In this document: positions 1 to 44,350 of the stretch, one piece after another | Position numbering within the stretch: the first letter of the stretch is position 1 | Layout of the letters: every line of letters begins with the position of its first letter | Assembly (NCBI RefSeq): GCF_009914755.1 | Contig: NC_060934.1 | Origin: the human T2T-CHM13v2.0 reference genome, Homo sapiens | DNA: 64,000 bases | Reading direction: 5' to 3' (one strand) | Program-made: the position numbers and the translations under genes | Notes under the pieces: generated by a model | What the model was told of the DNA's origin: nothing | Seen by the model: only the letters and a program-made list of their open reading frames with translations | Databases searched by the model: none

Positions 1-30
1 AAGGATGAACCTGAACTCTTAAATCTAAGG

Positions 31-561
31 TGTTACCGGAAAGGGGTCCCGATCTAGACCCAAGAGACCCTCGCACAAGAAGGAATTCAGGGCGAGTCCA
101 TAGAGTAAAGTGAAAGGAAGTTTATTAAGAAAGTAGAGAAATAAAAGAATGGCTACTCCATAGATAGAGTAGCGCAGGGGGCTGCTGGTTGTCCATTTTT
201 ATGGTTATTTCTGGATGATACGCTAAACAAGCGGTGGATTATTCATGCCTCCCCTTTTTAGACCATACAGGGTAATTCCTGATGTGGCCTTGGCATTTGT
301 AAACTGTCATAGCGCTGGTGGGAGTGTAGCAGTGAGGACCACCAGAGGACACTGTCCTCGCCATGTTGGTTTTGGCCACTGTTTTACTGCAACCTGTTTT
401 ATCAGCAAGGTCTTTATGACCTGTGTTTTGTGCGGATCTCCTATCTTATCCTGTGACTTAGAATGCCTTAACCATCTGGGAATGCAGCCCAGTAGGTCTC
501 AGCCTTATTTTACCCAGCTCCTGTTTAAGATGGAGTTGCTCTGGTTCAAACGCCTCTGACA
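31..561 (-). mobile_element. Solo ERV1 LTR, MER41A-like
   Basis: Minus strand starts TGTCAGAGGCGTTTGAACCAGAGCAACTCCATC and ends GGGACCCCTTTCCGGTAACA, matching MER41 termini. 4-bp TSD AAGG at 27-30 and 562-565. Confidence 0.88.
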
Positions 562-1055
562 AAGGGACAGTCATTTCACCTCACACATGAAAGCAAACCT
601 AAAATTTTCTCTATTGGAAGTTCAATCTTGGCTAAGGGCATGATTTAGAAATCAAAGGAGTCTGACCTTCACGTGGTTTTGAACACTTGTGGAAAGGTAG
701 CTGTGGGAAGGGACGTAGCCTTTGTAATGCAAGAGGAGAGAATGGGGTGTGGGGCGTGTGGCCCAGAAATGACACAGAACTCTGACAGCACTGCCTGGTT
801 GCCATGTAGCTAGGTAAATATTTGCAAAGCACCTACTGCTTCTCCGGACTCGGGGCAAGTGTCTACTGGGCATGAAACCATCTCCGTGGGGAAGTGAGCC
901 TTACCCAGTTCTTATCTCCCTCTTGAGGCCAGGTTCACAGAATATGACACAACTTCCAGAGGAAAGGGGGGCCTGCCAGTTCTTATCTTCCTCTCTCAGC
1001 TGGCATTGGGACATTTTAGTGGCCAGGACCAATGTGTTATCTGTAGGAGCCCTGA

Positions 1056-1385
<330 letters not shown>

Positions 1386-1569
1386 AAGACTCGTCTTCTG
1401 GGTATGAATTCCCGGAGCTGTCATTTCCTGAGAGCTCATGATCAAGAGGCATTGAGAGGTAGACCAGCTCGCTGTATAATTGTTAGGGGTGCCAATCTGT
1501 AAGGCACGCTACAGTGTCATGGAGCTGTAATGAGATGGAAAATCATATTTCTCAGAGGTCTTCTCAGGT

Positions 1570-1960
1570 AGACTATTCTTTTTTAAAAATTTCAAATACA
1601 ATTTAAAAACAAGTGCATGTTTTAAAATGTCATTTACCAAATCAAAAGCCAAACTAATAGAAAAAAAAATTTGTAACAAATATGCCAGATCAAAGCTTAA
1701 TATAGTTAACATACAAATAAAAGGACTTCAAAATTAAACAAAATAAGATTGGGTTAAGGATGTTATACAGGCAATTCATAAAGGAAAAAACACAAATATA
1801 CAATAAATATATAAAAAGATGTTCAAGACAGAATAAAAAATGCATATTACACTGTTATAGAATAATATTTTTATGTAACCGAGTGAGAAATATTTTTAAA
1901 TGGCAATATAATTGGTGTAGAAATGTAATCCTATGTAATTCTGCAATATATATGTTCAAA
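1570..1960 (+). mobile_element. Highly decayed old L1 (L1M-type) fragment
   Basis: A-rich sequence with weak similarity to the L1 ORF2 3' region. Confidence 0.35.
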
Positions 1961-2026
1961 AGGCTTTTTTTTTCTTTTTAGGAAAGGCCTCTATTATAGA
2001 TTTGATTAAAAAATATATATATATAG

Positions 2027-2325
<299 letters not shown>

Positions 2326-2357
2326 TTAGATTTTCTATTTTTGTGTATCTGTTTTGC

Positions 2358-3261
<904 letters not shown>

Positions 3262-3354
3262 TGTTTTGCAAGTTTTTAAAATTAAATATATATTTTCAAA
3301 AACTCAAGTCCAAAAGACTGGTCTCTTGGGTCTCTCCTCCTTTTCCAGCAATTG

Positions 3355-3635
<281 letters not shown>

Positions 3636-4068
3636 ATAATAAAATGAAAAATCAGATAGACTGTTCCAAGTGGTAGGAAGAAATACTTTGATAAGCGACT
3701 TAAGATGGAGGTAAGACACCCCACTCCCCACCCACCCTACTTGTGAGGACATACCAGAGTGACAACTCCAAGCTGCTCAACTGCCTTCCATCTGAAGAAC
3801 TTGTTCGCTAAGTGGGGCACATAGTGTGGAGTTGGAGCTAAATTGTTAGGGACAAAAAAGGCTGAGTTATCAGACCTGTGCCCCGTCTGTCTCAGGCTCT
3901 TATCTGCAGAATCAGCGAAGAAATCCCTAAAGACTATGGGTTTCAGGGAGTGCCCAGTTATGAGCCTGTTACAGCACCGTGTGCCTTCACCCTGCCCAGG
4001 TGAGGGGGGCCCACAGGTGGGGGCTTCCACTTTGTTGTCTCTGTCCCTCAGGTCCCTGAGGACAATCA

Positions 4069-4200
4069 AGGTAGCCATACACCCTGAATTTGCAAGGGCT
4101 GTCTGGTTTTAAAGTCTCTCCCTTTGATTCAGGAAAGTCCATTCTTACTTGTCAGTCTCGTCTTGTGTCCTGACTTTTGGCTCAGAAAATCAGTCACCAC
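4069..4200. mobile_element. Possible decayed hAT-Blackjack (MER94/MER81-like) element
   Basis: GGTAGCCATAC...GTCACC termini resemble the TIRs. Confidence 0.3.
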
Positions 4201-4651
4201 AGTCTCAAAAACTTTGAACTCAGCACTTCTCTCTTCCCTGCAGTAGGAAATCCCCTATAAGATGATCAGAGACAGACCCCTTGGGAAACTGCTAGGCCAG
4301 GGGCTGGAAATTGCAGGTGTCAACTCCCAGTAGAAACACCATTGTGGATACTTAGGTGACTCAGTAGCTATGGAAGATAAGACGGATCAGAGACCAGGAT
4401 CAAGGGAGATAAATATTTTCAAAAAGCTTTGAGTTATTCAAGAAAGGACTCCTCAAATGGACAGGTATGGACCCATAAAAACAGAAATTCAGTCTTCTGG
4501 CTTTAGAATTTTGCCGCTTGACAGCTCCAGCTTGCGGCCCCCTTCCCCGCCCTCCTTCCCCCGGCCCCTATGTCTCCTGCACCGCCCACCCCCAACATTA
4601 CATGCCACATCTTCTGGGTGAGACTTGACAATCCTTCTTTTAAAAATTTAA

Positions 4652-5835
<1,184 letters not shown>

Positions 5836-6027
5836 ACTTCAAACAAGTGTTTTCTTTCAGCCATCAAGCCTTTCCACCCCCTCTCTACTTCTGCTTCTTA
5901 AGCAAAGCATTTCCTCATAATCAGGGTGGAGTAATCTATTTTTGTTAGAACTCCCTGTAAAAATGCAACTGCCTCAAGAGGATCAAACACTTATGATCAT
6001 CCTCAGTGCCAGGGGCTGGAAGTTGGG

Positions 6028-6288
6028 CCTTATATGGAATTCGTGACTCATCATCCAAGAGCCTAAAAGATTTACTTGCTCTGGCCGGGCTCCTAATTGC
6101 ATGGGCTGAGCATCAGCTAGACGCCTGAAATCGAACACCTCGACACCTTTTAACTAACCTGGGAACATATTTCTGACTTGGTGCCAGGAAACAGAATACC
6201 TGTTTGGTAAACTGTCAACTTCTAGGTCTGAAAAAAAATGCCCGCAACTTCTGTTGAGTCACATCATAAGAGACCGTGAGGACACGTG
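6028..6288. promoter_or_regulatory. Candidate enhancer: CArG + TEAD-like + two AP-1 + E-box
   Basis: CCTTATATGG (6028-6037), overlapping GGAATT (6036-6041), TGACTCA (6044-6050), TGAGTCA (6255-6261) and CACGTG (6283-6288), all in non-repetitive DNA. Confidence 0.45.
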
Positions 6289-6400
6289 GATGCCAGGACA
6301 AGATACAGGAATAATTCCTTTTCTTAGCAAGAGGAGATATAGCTGATTATAGTTCCTTCCACATAAGCAATGATTATGAATTAGGAAATAACCCAAGGGA

Positions 6401-7180
<780 letters not shown>

Positions 7181-7184
7181 CCAA

Positions 7185-7680
7185 GGGAGCACTTTCTAAC
7201 AGTCAGAGCTGAGTAAAAGTAGAATGGACTGCTATGGGAATCTGTGGGTTCCTCTCCATAAGAGTTTTTGTTTGTTTGTTTGTTTTCTTGAGACCGAGTC
7301 TCTCTCTGTCACCCAGGCTGGAGTGCAGTTGTGTGATCTTGGCTCACAGCAACCTCCGCCTCCCAGGTTCAAGCAATTACTTGTGCTTCAGCCTTCTGAG
7401 TAGGTGGGACCACAGGCATGTGCCACCGTGCTCAGCTACTTTTTATATTTTTTGTAGAGATGGGGTTTCACCATGTTGGCCAGGCTGGCCTTGAACTCCT
7501 GACCTCAGGTGATCCACCTGCCTTGGCCTCCCAAAGTGGTGGGATTACAGGCGTGAGCCGCTGCACCTGGCCCATGAGTTATTCTTGGTGGAGATGTTGT
7601 AAATTGGATGCAACAATCTATGGATGGTTGGAATGTGTGATCTCTACGTTCTTTTTCAACTATGGAAATGTATGTTTGCT
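7185..7680 (+). mobile_element. Old L3/CR1- or MIR3-like 3' end interrupted by an antisense Alu (7265-7572)
   Basis: ACTTTCTAACAGTCAGAGCTG...GTGATCTCTACGTTCTTTTTCAACTATGG resembles the CR1-type 3' end. The Alu itself is unambiguous. Confidence 0.4.
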
Positions 7681-8272
7681 ATACCTGGTATGACACCTGG
7701 CACACAGTAGATGGTCAATTTGTACTAAATAACATGTCTGTGGACTTTCTTACATCACAGTCACAGAGACAAATGTCATCACTGTTTCTGCTTGCTATAA
7801 TTTACACTAAGAAGGTTTTAATCACAACTACCATTAGCTACTCATATTGAGAAATTCCCAGAATATTCTCTTCTGCAAACAGTGGCTGAGTTTGGATTGA
7901 GGACTCCGTTTTGGCAACAACCTCTTTACTGCTTCAAGTAATTGCACCCTCACAAACTTGGGATCGCATACACGTAACCAACATGTAGAGGGCAGGAAGC
8001 AGTTAAACTGCAAAGCCCCATTGAATCATCTAGATTAGGCACAGGTGGAAGGGCTTTTGAATAATAGGAGAGAGGCTTCCAGGCAACACTCGGCCTGGAA
8101 AACACGGCTTTTCTTGTCTGTGAGGGTTGAAGAAGGCATCCAGAGCACGGCCCATCTCCTATGGCTCCGTCACCTACCTGCTCGTGCAGAGAGGAGCAGA
8201 ATCTGTAAGGGTGAGAGCAGTAGAGACACAGCTGCTGGTGTCCATTAATGTAGGTAGAAAGCTTAAAAAGAT

Positions 8273-9017
8273 GGGTCAGGAGTGGTGGCTCACGTCTGGA
8301 ATCCCAGTACTTTGGGAGGCTGAGGCAGGTGGATCACTTGAGGTCAGGTGGTCAAGAACAGCCTGGCCAACATGGTGAAACCCCGTCTTTACTAAAAATA
8401 TAAAATTTAGCCAGGTGCGGTGGCATGTGCTTGTAGTCCCACCTACTTGGGAGGCTTAGGTGGGAGAATCACTTGAACCTGGGAGGTGGAGGTTACAGTG
8501 AGTCAAGAACTCGCCACTGCACTCCAGCCTGGGTGACAGAGCTAGACTGTCTCCAGAAAAAAAAAAAAAAAAGATGGGCTGGGTGGTGGTGGTAATTCCA
8601 GCATTTTGGGAGGCCAAGGTGGGAGGATTGCTTGAGGCCAGGAGTTTGAGATCAGCCTGACCAACATAGCAAAACCCTGTCTCTATTTTATTTGTAAAAT
8701 AAAAATAATATAATTAATAAAAATACGAATAAGAACGCTTGGCCGGGTGTGGTGGCTCACACCTGTAATCCCAGCACTTTGGGAGGCTGAGGCGGGTGGA
8801 TCACAAGGTCAAGAGATCGAGACCATCCTGGCCAACATGGTGAAAACCCATCTCTACTAAAAATACAAAAATTAGCTGGACGTGGTGGTGGGAGCCTGTA
8901 GTCCCAGCTACTTGGGAGGCTGAGGCAAGAGAATCGCTTGAACCCTGGAGGCAGAGATTGCAATGAGCCGAGTTCTCACCACTTTACTCCAGCCTGGTGA
9001 CAGGGCAAGACAGTCTC

Positions 9018-9049
<32 letters not shown>

Positions 9050-9053
9050 AGAA
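8273..9053 (+). mobile_element. Alu, Alu monomer, Alu (tandem, sense)
   Basis: Starts at about 8273, 8576 and 8741. Confidence 0.93.
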
Positions 9054-9218
9054 AGCTTGAGAAAAATGGGATCTTTTAGATACGATTCAGAGGTACTCAC
9101 AATAAGCGTAACAGTTAGTACCAAGAAGTGACTGCTCCTGGCCAGCTGAGCTGCAGCCAAGGACAGCAAACAAGGAAGGGACCTGATAGCCCAGGCAAAC
9201 TGTTTTAACAACTCTTGA

Positions 9219-9872
<654 letters not shown>

Positions 9873-10182
9873 TGAATTTGTTTTTATGTATGAAATGACA
9901 AGTTTATAGACAATTACAATAGAAAAAAATGTATCTATGATCTTATCACCCTAACACAACTCTGTGGCACTCGTTTGATGACTTCCAAGTTCTCTGTGGT
10001 CACATATAGCTATTAGAGATGGACTATTAGAATTATAGTGCAAATATGGCTTGATTTGTGCCAAAAAGACTTTGAAAAGAATTATACCAATTTATAATAT
10101 GTAAATTATATATAATTATATATCACCTCCATCCATCTGTAATTTGGAATTGGACTTTTTTTCCTACTTAACGTATCATAGT

Positions 10183-11410
<1,228 letters not shown>

Positions 11411-11743
11411 CCAAGCTGCCTAATCAGCCTCTGTCTGTTTAGACCTTTAAATTACTGCCTTTTTGTTGTTGTTTTTATTATAATGAACCCTACAAGAAAC
11501 ATCGCATTGTTACGCATAGGCTGTCTGCATTGTAATGTTGTTGACTCTGTAAACAAGTGGGTTCAAGAGTGTGAACATTTTGATGACTGTTGAGGTCTTG
11601 TGCCAAAATAACTTTGAAAAGAATTATGCCGATTTACAATATGTAAATTATATTCTCCATTTATATGCTCTCCATCTATAAGGTCCTTCCTTGCCAGTTT
11701 TATATATATATGTGTGTGTGTGTATATAGATATATATATGTAG

Positions 11744-14860
<3,117 letters not shown>

Positions 14861-15063
14861 TAGAATGCATCTTAATTGAAGTATTGGAAGAGTTCAGGCC
14901 TTTTGTCAACATCCACCTTCCTATAAATCTCCCCAAGACAGGACTCACAGCTTAATGAGGAGCTTCTTGCAAAATACATACAAAGCTGGCCTTCTAGCTG
15001 GTTGAAGGGCTTGGTTAAATTGAGCGCAACACTAAGCCTAGGAGTGAAGAAACGACATAGGCA

Positions 15064-15410
<347 letters not shown>

Positions 15411-15419
15411 TTAAAAAAA

Positions 15420-17045
<1,626 letters not shown>

Positions 17046-17941
17046 TTTTTTTTTTTTCATTCAGCAGATGTTTAGCTAGTCCTCAAATGAACTCTCTGGC
17101 AAAAGTCTTTGTTACTCTGACTTCATATATGAGAAAAGCGGTGCCCAGACAAGTTAGGAAGCTTTCTTAAAGCCACACAGCAGACAGCAGAGCTTGCATT
17201 GGATCTCAGGTCTGTCTGAACCCCCAACCCCCGAACCCTCACAACATACCCTTAGTCTCATGCCGCCCAATCTAACCTGCTAACAATGTGCCCAGCCTTC
17301 TTGTTCAAAGGGAGGAAATGATGATCTATTCACCTTAAGGCTCTAAACAGGATGACTTCAGTCCTAGCTGTCCAGACATCCTTCTGGAAGTTCTCTGTGC
17401 CCTTGATTTGCACTGCACCAGCAGTTCCCAGAACACTTTTTATTTTGTTAAGAGTTTTTTTTTATTTTTATTTTTTTTATTTTCATAGGTTTTAGGGGAA
17501 CAGGTGGTGTTTGGTTACATGAGTAAGTTCTTTAGCGGTGATTTGTGAGATTTTTGCACCCATCACCCGAGCACTGTACCCTGAACCCAGTATGTAATAT
17601 TTTATCCCTCCCCCCATCCCACCCATTCCCCCTGAGTTCCCAAAGTCCACTGTGTCTTTTTTATGCCATTGCATTCTCATAGCTTAGCTCCCACTTACGA
17701 GTGAGAACATACGATGTTTGGTTTTCCATTTCTGAGTTACTTCGCTTAGAATAATAGTCTCCAATCTCATCCAGGTCACTGCAAATGCCATTGATTCATT
17801 CCTTTTTATGGCTGAGTAGTATTCCATCATATATATATATGGATATGTACACCATAGTTTCTTTATCCACTCGTTGATTGATGGACATTTGGATTGGTTC
17901 CACTTTTTTTTTTTTTTTGAGACGGAGTCCTCACTCTGTAA

Positions 17942-18223
<282 letters not shown>

Positions 18224-18585
18224 TGAATTGTGCTGCTATAAACATGCATGTGCAAGTATGTTTTTCGTATAATGACTTCTTTTCTTCTGGGTAGGTACCC
18301 AGTAGTGGGATTGCTGGATCAAATGGTAGATCTACTTTTAGTTCCTTAAGGAATCTCCAACAGTGTTTTCCATAGTGGTTGCACTAGTTTACGTTCCCAC
18401 CGGCAGTGTAGAAGTGCTCCCTGTTCACTGCTTCCACGCCGACATCTATTATTTTTTGATTATGGCCATTCTTGCAGAAGTCAGGTGGTATCACATTGTG
18501 ATTTTGATTTGCATTTCCCTGATTATTAGTAATGTTGGGCATTTTTTCTTTCTTTCTTTCTTTTTGGGGGGTATTATTGTGAGCG

Positions 18586-20951
<2,366 letters not shown>

Positions 20952-21059
20952 AATGTTGGGAATTTTTTCATATTTCTTGGCCATTTATATATCTTCTTTT
21001 GAGAATTATCTATTCATGTCCTTAGCCCATTTTTTGATGGGATTTTTTTTTCTTGCTAG

Positions 21060-21885
<826 letters not shown>

Positions 21886-22370
21886 ATAGGTGGCATTTCT
21901 TTGGAGATATTTAGGCTGTTCTGAGAAGACAGTTGAGGCAAGAGCCATGTGGCCCAGGGGTCAGGGTGACTTTCTTTAGCCTTTTTCCCTCCAAACCAAG
22001 TAGCTCCTTTGTCCTCTCTGGTCAGAAGCACCTCAGGAGGGCTGTCTTACAACCAGTGGCTCCTGTGTGGATGAAGGCTCGGTATTTGGAGTTCCCAGGT
22101 AGGAGTTCAGGTTTGTCCCCTTTGTCTCTCATGAAGCCCCTGCCTGAATTCCTACTGGGCTGTGAGGGGTCACCCAACCTACAGGTGGGGCCTGGTAGGT
22201 GGTCCTGGGAGCAGTGTGGAAGGCTTGGGTGATGTGGCCTGGAGCACATGCACATATTATGTTTGGGACTACACCAGGTCCTATGGTCTTGTTTCCAAAC
22301 ACAGAGAAAATGAAGGTATTTTTCTAGCTGGAGGGACGATGGAGGATTTTTCCATCCAAAGCCAAATTCA

Positions 22371-25211
<2,841 letters not shown>

Positions 25212-25379
25212 TTCTGTGTATCCCAGGAATGAGTACTCTTTCTCTACCACTATTTGCGCATCCACACATATCCTTAAATCACCTTTGGTCAGCAGAGACA
25301 AAAATGACAGCCACATCCATCCTCTGCGCCCACTTCCTTTTTCATTGGCGATGTTCCTTTTCAAAACTCTATGACTTTT

Positions 25380-27700
<2,321 letters not shown>

Positions 27701-28164
27701 CTGATACGTTTTTCTGGTTTTGACATAAACTGGTGTTTTTACAGCACTGACAACTAGATCAATGTGCACAGAGTAAAGTAGAATTGGTTTTCAGTTCCAG
27801 GAGAGAATGTAGCGAGAGCTCCTTCCCCCAGGAGATGCTGGCGTAAGACAGAGAGCTGCGGTGTCTATTCGTGTTGATTTCTCCTTTTGTGCTCTAAAGA
27901 CAAGCTTCTTGATCAGATAGGATCTGGGCATAATGAAGCCACCATCAGCCACATTTTATTCACATGCTGGCCTCTCAACTCTGCAGCTGTCTTATTTCTT
28001 GCTGCCCACACTTCCCGTGCTTTCTTCAGGCCCCAACAATCCTGTTCTTTATCCCTTCCTTCTTCTTCTCCAAACCTGTCCTCAGGAAAAGATCTGGTAT
28101 CAGCCATTCCCACCTTGACAGAAATTGGAATCAAAGAGTGCATTCTTCTAGTTGTTTGCATTTA

Positions 28165-28465
28165 TCTATTTATTTTTGTTTATTTGTTTGAGATGGAGTC
28201 TCACTCTGTGGCCCAGGCTAGGGTGCAGTGGTGCAGTCTTGGCTCCTGCCACCCTTACCTCCAGGTGATTCTCCTGCCTCAGCCTCCCGAGTAAATGAGA
28301 TTATAGGTGTGCGCCACCATGCTTGGCTAGTTTTTTTTGTATTTTTAGTAGAGATGGGGTCTCGCCATACTGGCCAGGCTGGTCTCGAACTCCTGACCTC
28401 AAGTGACCCACCCGCCTTGGCCTCCCAAAGTGTTGCGATTACAAGCTTGAGCCACCGCGGCCGGC
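28165..28465 (-). mobile_element. Alu
   Basis: Alu consensus. Confidence 0.92.
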
Positions 28466-28733
28466 CAAAAGCATCGTTCTTAATGAAAAAAATATATCAA
28501 CTGAAGGTTTGTTTTTTTTTTGTTTGTTTAAACAACCCCTATGTGTCAACCACATTAAGCCTGGCTTCGTAGCATTAAGATGCTCCTGACTACCTGGGGA
28601 AACTCAACTTTCCACATAGACCATTACTGAAGTGGCACTGAGCAGAAGACAGGAGGGGTGTCCACGTGGGAAGGGTGTGTGATTCTCCTTGTCAAGGGTT
28701 TCAGCATCGTTCTTCAGTATGCACCCATGGTAC

Positions 28734-31505
<2,772 letters not shown>

Positions 31506-31589
31506 AGTAAATGCATGTGGGGCCATCACACTTATTCTTCTCTACATCACGATGTCTTAAAGTTTAGTGGGTATCACAATCACCAAGTT

Positions 31590-31907
31590 GGGACATGGAT
31601 GAAGCTGGAAACCGTCATTCTCAGCAAACTATCACAAGAACAGAAAACCAAACACCGCGTGTTCTCAGTCTTAAGTGGGAGTTGAACAATGAGAACACAT
31701 GGACGCAGAGAGGAGAACATCACACACCGGGGCCTGTTGCAGGGTCGGGGGTTAGAGGAGGGATAACGTTAGGAGGAATACTTAATGTAGGTGATGGGTT
31801 GATGGGTGCAGCAAACCACCATGGCTCATGTATACCTATGTAACAAACCTGCACGTTCTGTACATGCACCCCAGAACTTAAAGTATAATTTTTAAAAAAA
31901 GGAAAAA
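31590..31907 (+). mobile_element. Severely 5'-truncated L1PA (PA7/8-like) 3' end
   Basis: CATGGATGAAGCTGGAAACC...CAGAACTTAAAGTATAAT plus A tail. TSD AATCACCAAGTT at 31578-31589 and 31908-31919. Sits in a MER5-like relic. Confidence 0.9.
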
Positions 31908-32009
31908 AATCACCAAGTTTCAAAAATAGAGATTTATGTCCCCTCCTCCCAATATTCTGATTCAAAACTTCTGGGTTGGCTCTAGAATCTATATTTTATG
32001 AGTAATTCA

Positions 32010-35025
<3,016 letters not shown>

Positions 35026-35139
35026 AAGAAGCTTTTCTAGAACGTTTCTCAGCTCCATCCATGAACATGACAGCGGGTCTTCCCCGTTATTCAAAACTGT
35101 AAACACTGAGTGTCTGATGAAAACTGGGCCTTATGTAAT

Positions 35140-35811
<672 letters not shown>

Positions 35812-35819
35812 GTAATAAT

Positions 35820-36045
35820 AATCAATATTATAATGGCTATCATTTTGTGTCATGTTTGACATTTTACAAGCCCTTCTATCTAAATCATCTCATGTGGTCC
35901 TGACAAAAATCACTGGAGTTGGTCCTAGTATCCCCTTGTGAAGTTCAGAGTAGATGAGTGTTTGCCTAAGAACTCACAGTTAGTCGTTTGTCTAAAGTTA
36001 CAGAAGCAGTGACAGAGCCAGGATTTGAACACCGTGCTTTCAGCT
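35820..36045 (-). mobile_element. MIR
   Basis: Weak match including GACAGAGCCAGGATTTGAAC. Confidence 0.5.
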
Positions 36046-36106
36046 ACCCTGGAGAGGAGGTGGTGTGGTGGTTATGAATCCTGTAAGATGTAAGAACAAT
36101 TTTTCA

Positions 36107-41030
<4,924 letters not shown>

Positions 41031-41344
41031 AATGCAAGAAAGAGGTAGAGGTTTCCTTGTCTAGGACATAGTAATCTGCCTTGAGAAAATTCTCCAGTTT
41101 GTGAGGGTGAGTTCTGGTTGGATGCCAGGGGATTCCCCTGACAAATATTCTTATAATATTAAGTAGGAAAAAGTTCCCTGACTTGACTTTAATTTGATTC
41201 TCAAGGATTTAAAGATGTTTTCTTTGCAACCATGGCAAAGAACAAAACTGGAAACTATGAAAAGGCAAAATGAAACAATGAGAAGGATAGTCATATATTC
41301 ATAAAGACCAAAATAATATTTTTGTCAAAATTTGAGTCACTTCT

Positions 41345-41912
<568 letters not shown>

Positions 41913-42258
41913 CTACCAGGCTTTTTGGTTGCCTCTTAGGATAGCAATAATTGATGACTAGTCCCCTGAAAATTTCCTGTGCAATGGAAACGACTTCCTT
42001 TCTGAATTGTCTTCATCAGTAGGAGCAGACAGCAATTTTCACAAACGCTAGAAATGCCGGTGTCAGCTTCCCATCCTAGGGCACCCAGGTTAGCCCACCT
42101 ATGCCCTCTTTGTAGCTTTCATTGCTTTGGGTATAGAAATGGATCCAGGAACTCATGAGATACAGTGGCAGTATGCAGAGAACGTTCTACTGAAGAAGAG
42201 GACAATCAACGCTCCTTCATAGGAGATGTTGCCTAATAGCTCTGAGAGTTGGGATTTC

Positions 42259-43660
<1,402 letters not shown>

Positions 43661-43667
43661 AGAGAGA

Positions 43668-43815
43668 GATAATAACAGCTAATTTATTGAGCACCTGCTA
43701 TGTGCTGGGAAGTACCTAAACACTTTATATGCATTAACTCACTTAATCTTTGCAACAATGCCATGAGATAGGTACACTGTCATTTCCAATTCAAGGTGAG
43801 GAAACTGAGGCACAA
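43668..43815 (-). mobile_element. MIR
   Basis: ATTTATTGAGCACCTGCTATGTGCTGG...GGTGAGGAAACTGAGGCACA. Confidence 0.8.
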
Positions 43816-44350
43816 GAAGGCTTTATTTTGCTGCCCAGTTGCTGCAACTCAGCAGGGCACTGGGCCCCGGGCTCAGGCTCAGTCCCGGGCCTTCCCCCCA
43901 GCTTCCCCTTTAACTCTGGAATCTTTGTGGGCTTGATCTGACAAAAATCCAGCAACTGTGTGGAAGATGGTTTGGAGGAAAACGTGCTTTGCGTTTCTAA
44001 AGTCAACATCTCCATGAACTTTTGGAAAAACGTTCCTTTATCCAATTGGGGCTGTTGGTATTTGAGGGGGGGTTGGGGCTCCTGAGGTGGGGCTGAGCTG
44101 TGCTACAAAGTGGTCGCCCCACCCTTACCACAGTACTGCACCCCACACCTCTGGGGACTCCTTCTGAGACAGCGGGTCTGGTAGGCTTCCAGCAGTTACT
44201 TTATGTTTTTGGATCATCTATCTGGACTGGCCCAGTTTCCAGTGGCTTCCTCTATGTAACTCTCCAGAGACAGCCGGGATGTTTCAAGTGCTGGCTCCCT
44301 TTGAAGGAGGTCTCCTTCACAGACTGGATCTTCAGGTTATCAAATACTGT

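Noticed and set aside
245-559. 104-aa ATG ORF
   Set aside because: It lies wholly antisense within the MER41 LTR and has no recognisable domain.
31-561. Interferon-inducible MER41 enhancer
   Set aside because: No tandem GAS (TTCNNNGAA) motifs are visible, and length and sequence fit the A-type rather than the STAT1-binding B-type.
4244-4464. Possible exon (TTCTCTCTTCCCTGCAG acceptor, CAG/GTATGG donor)
   Set aside because: Splice-like motifs alone are common. There is no long open frame or partner exon, and transcript evidence would be needed.
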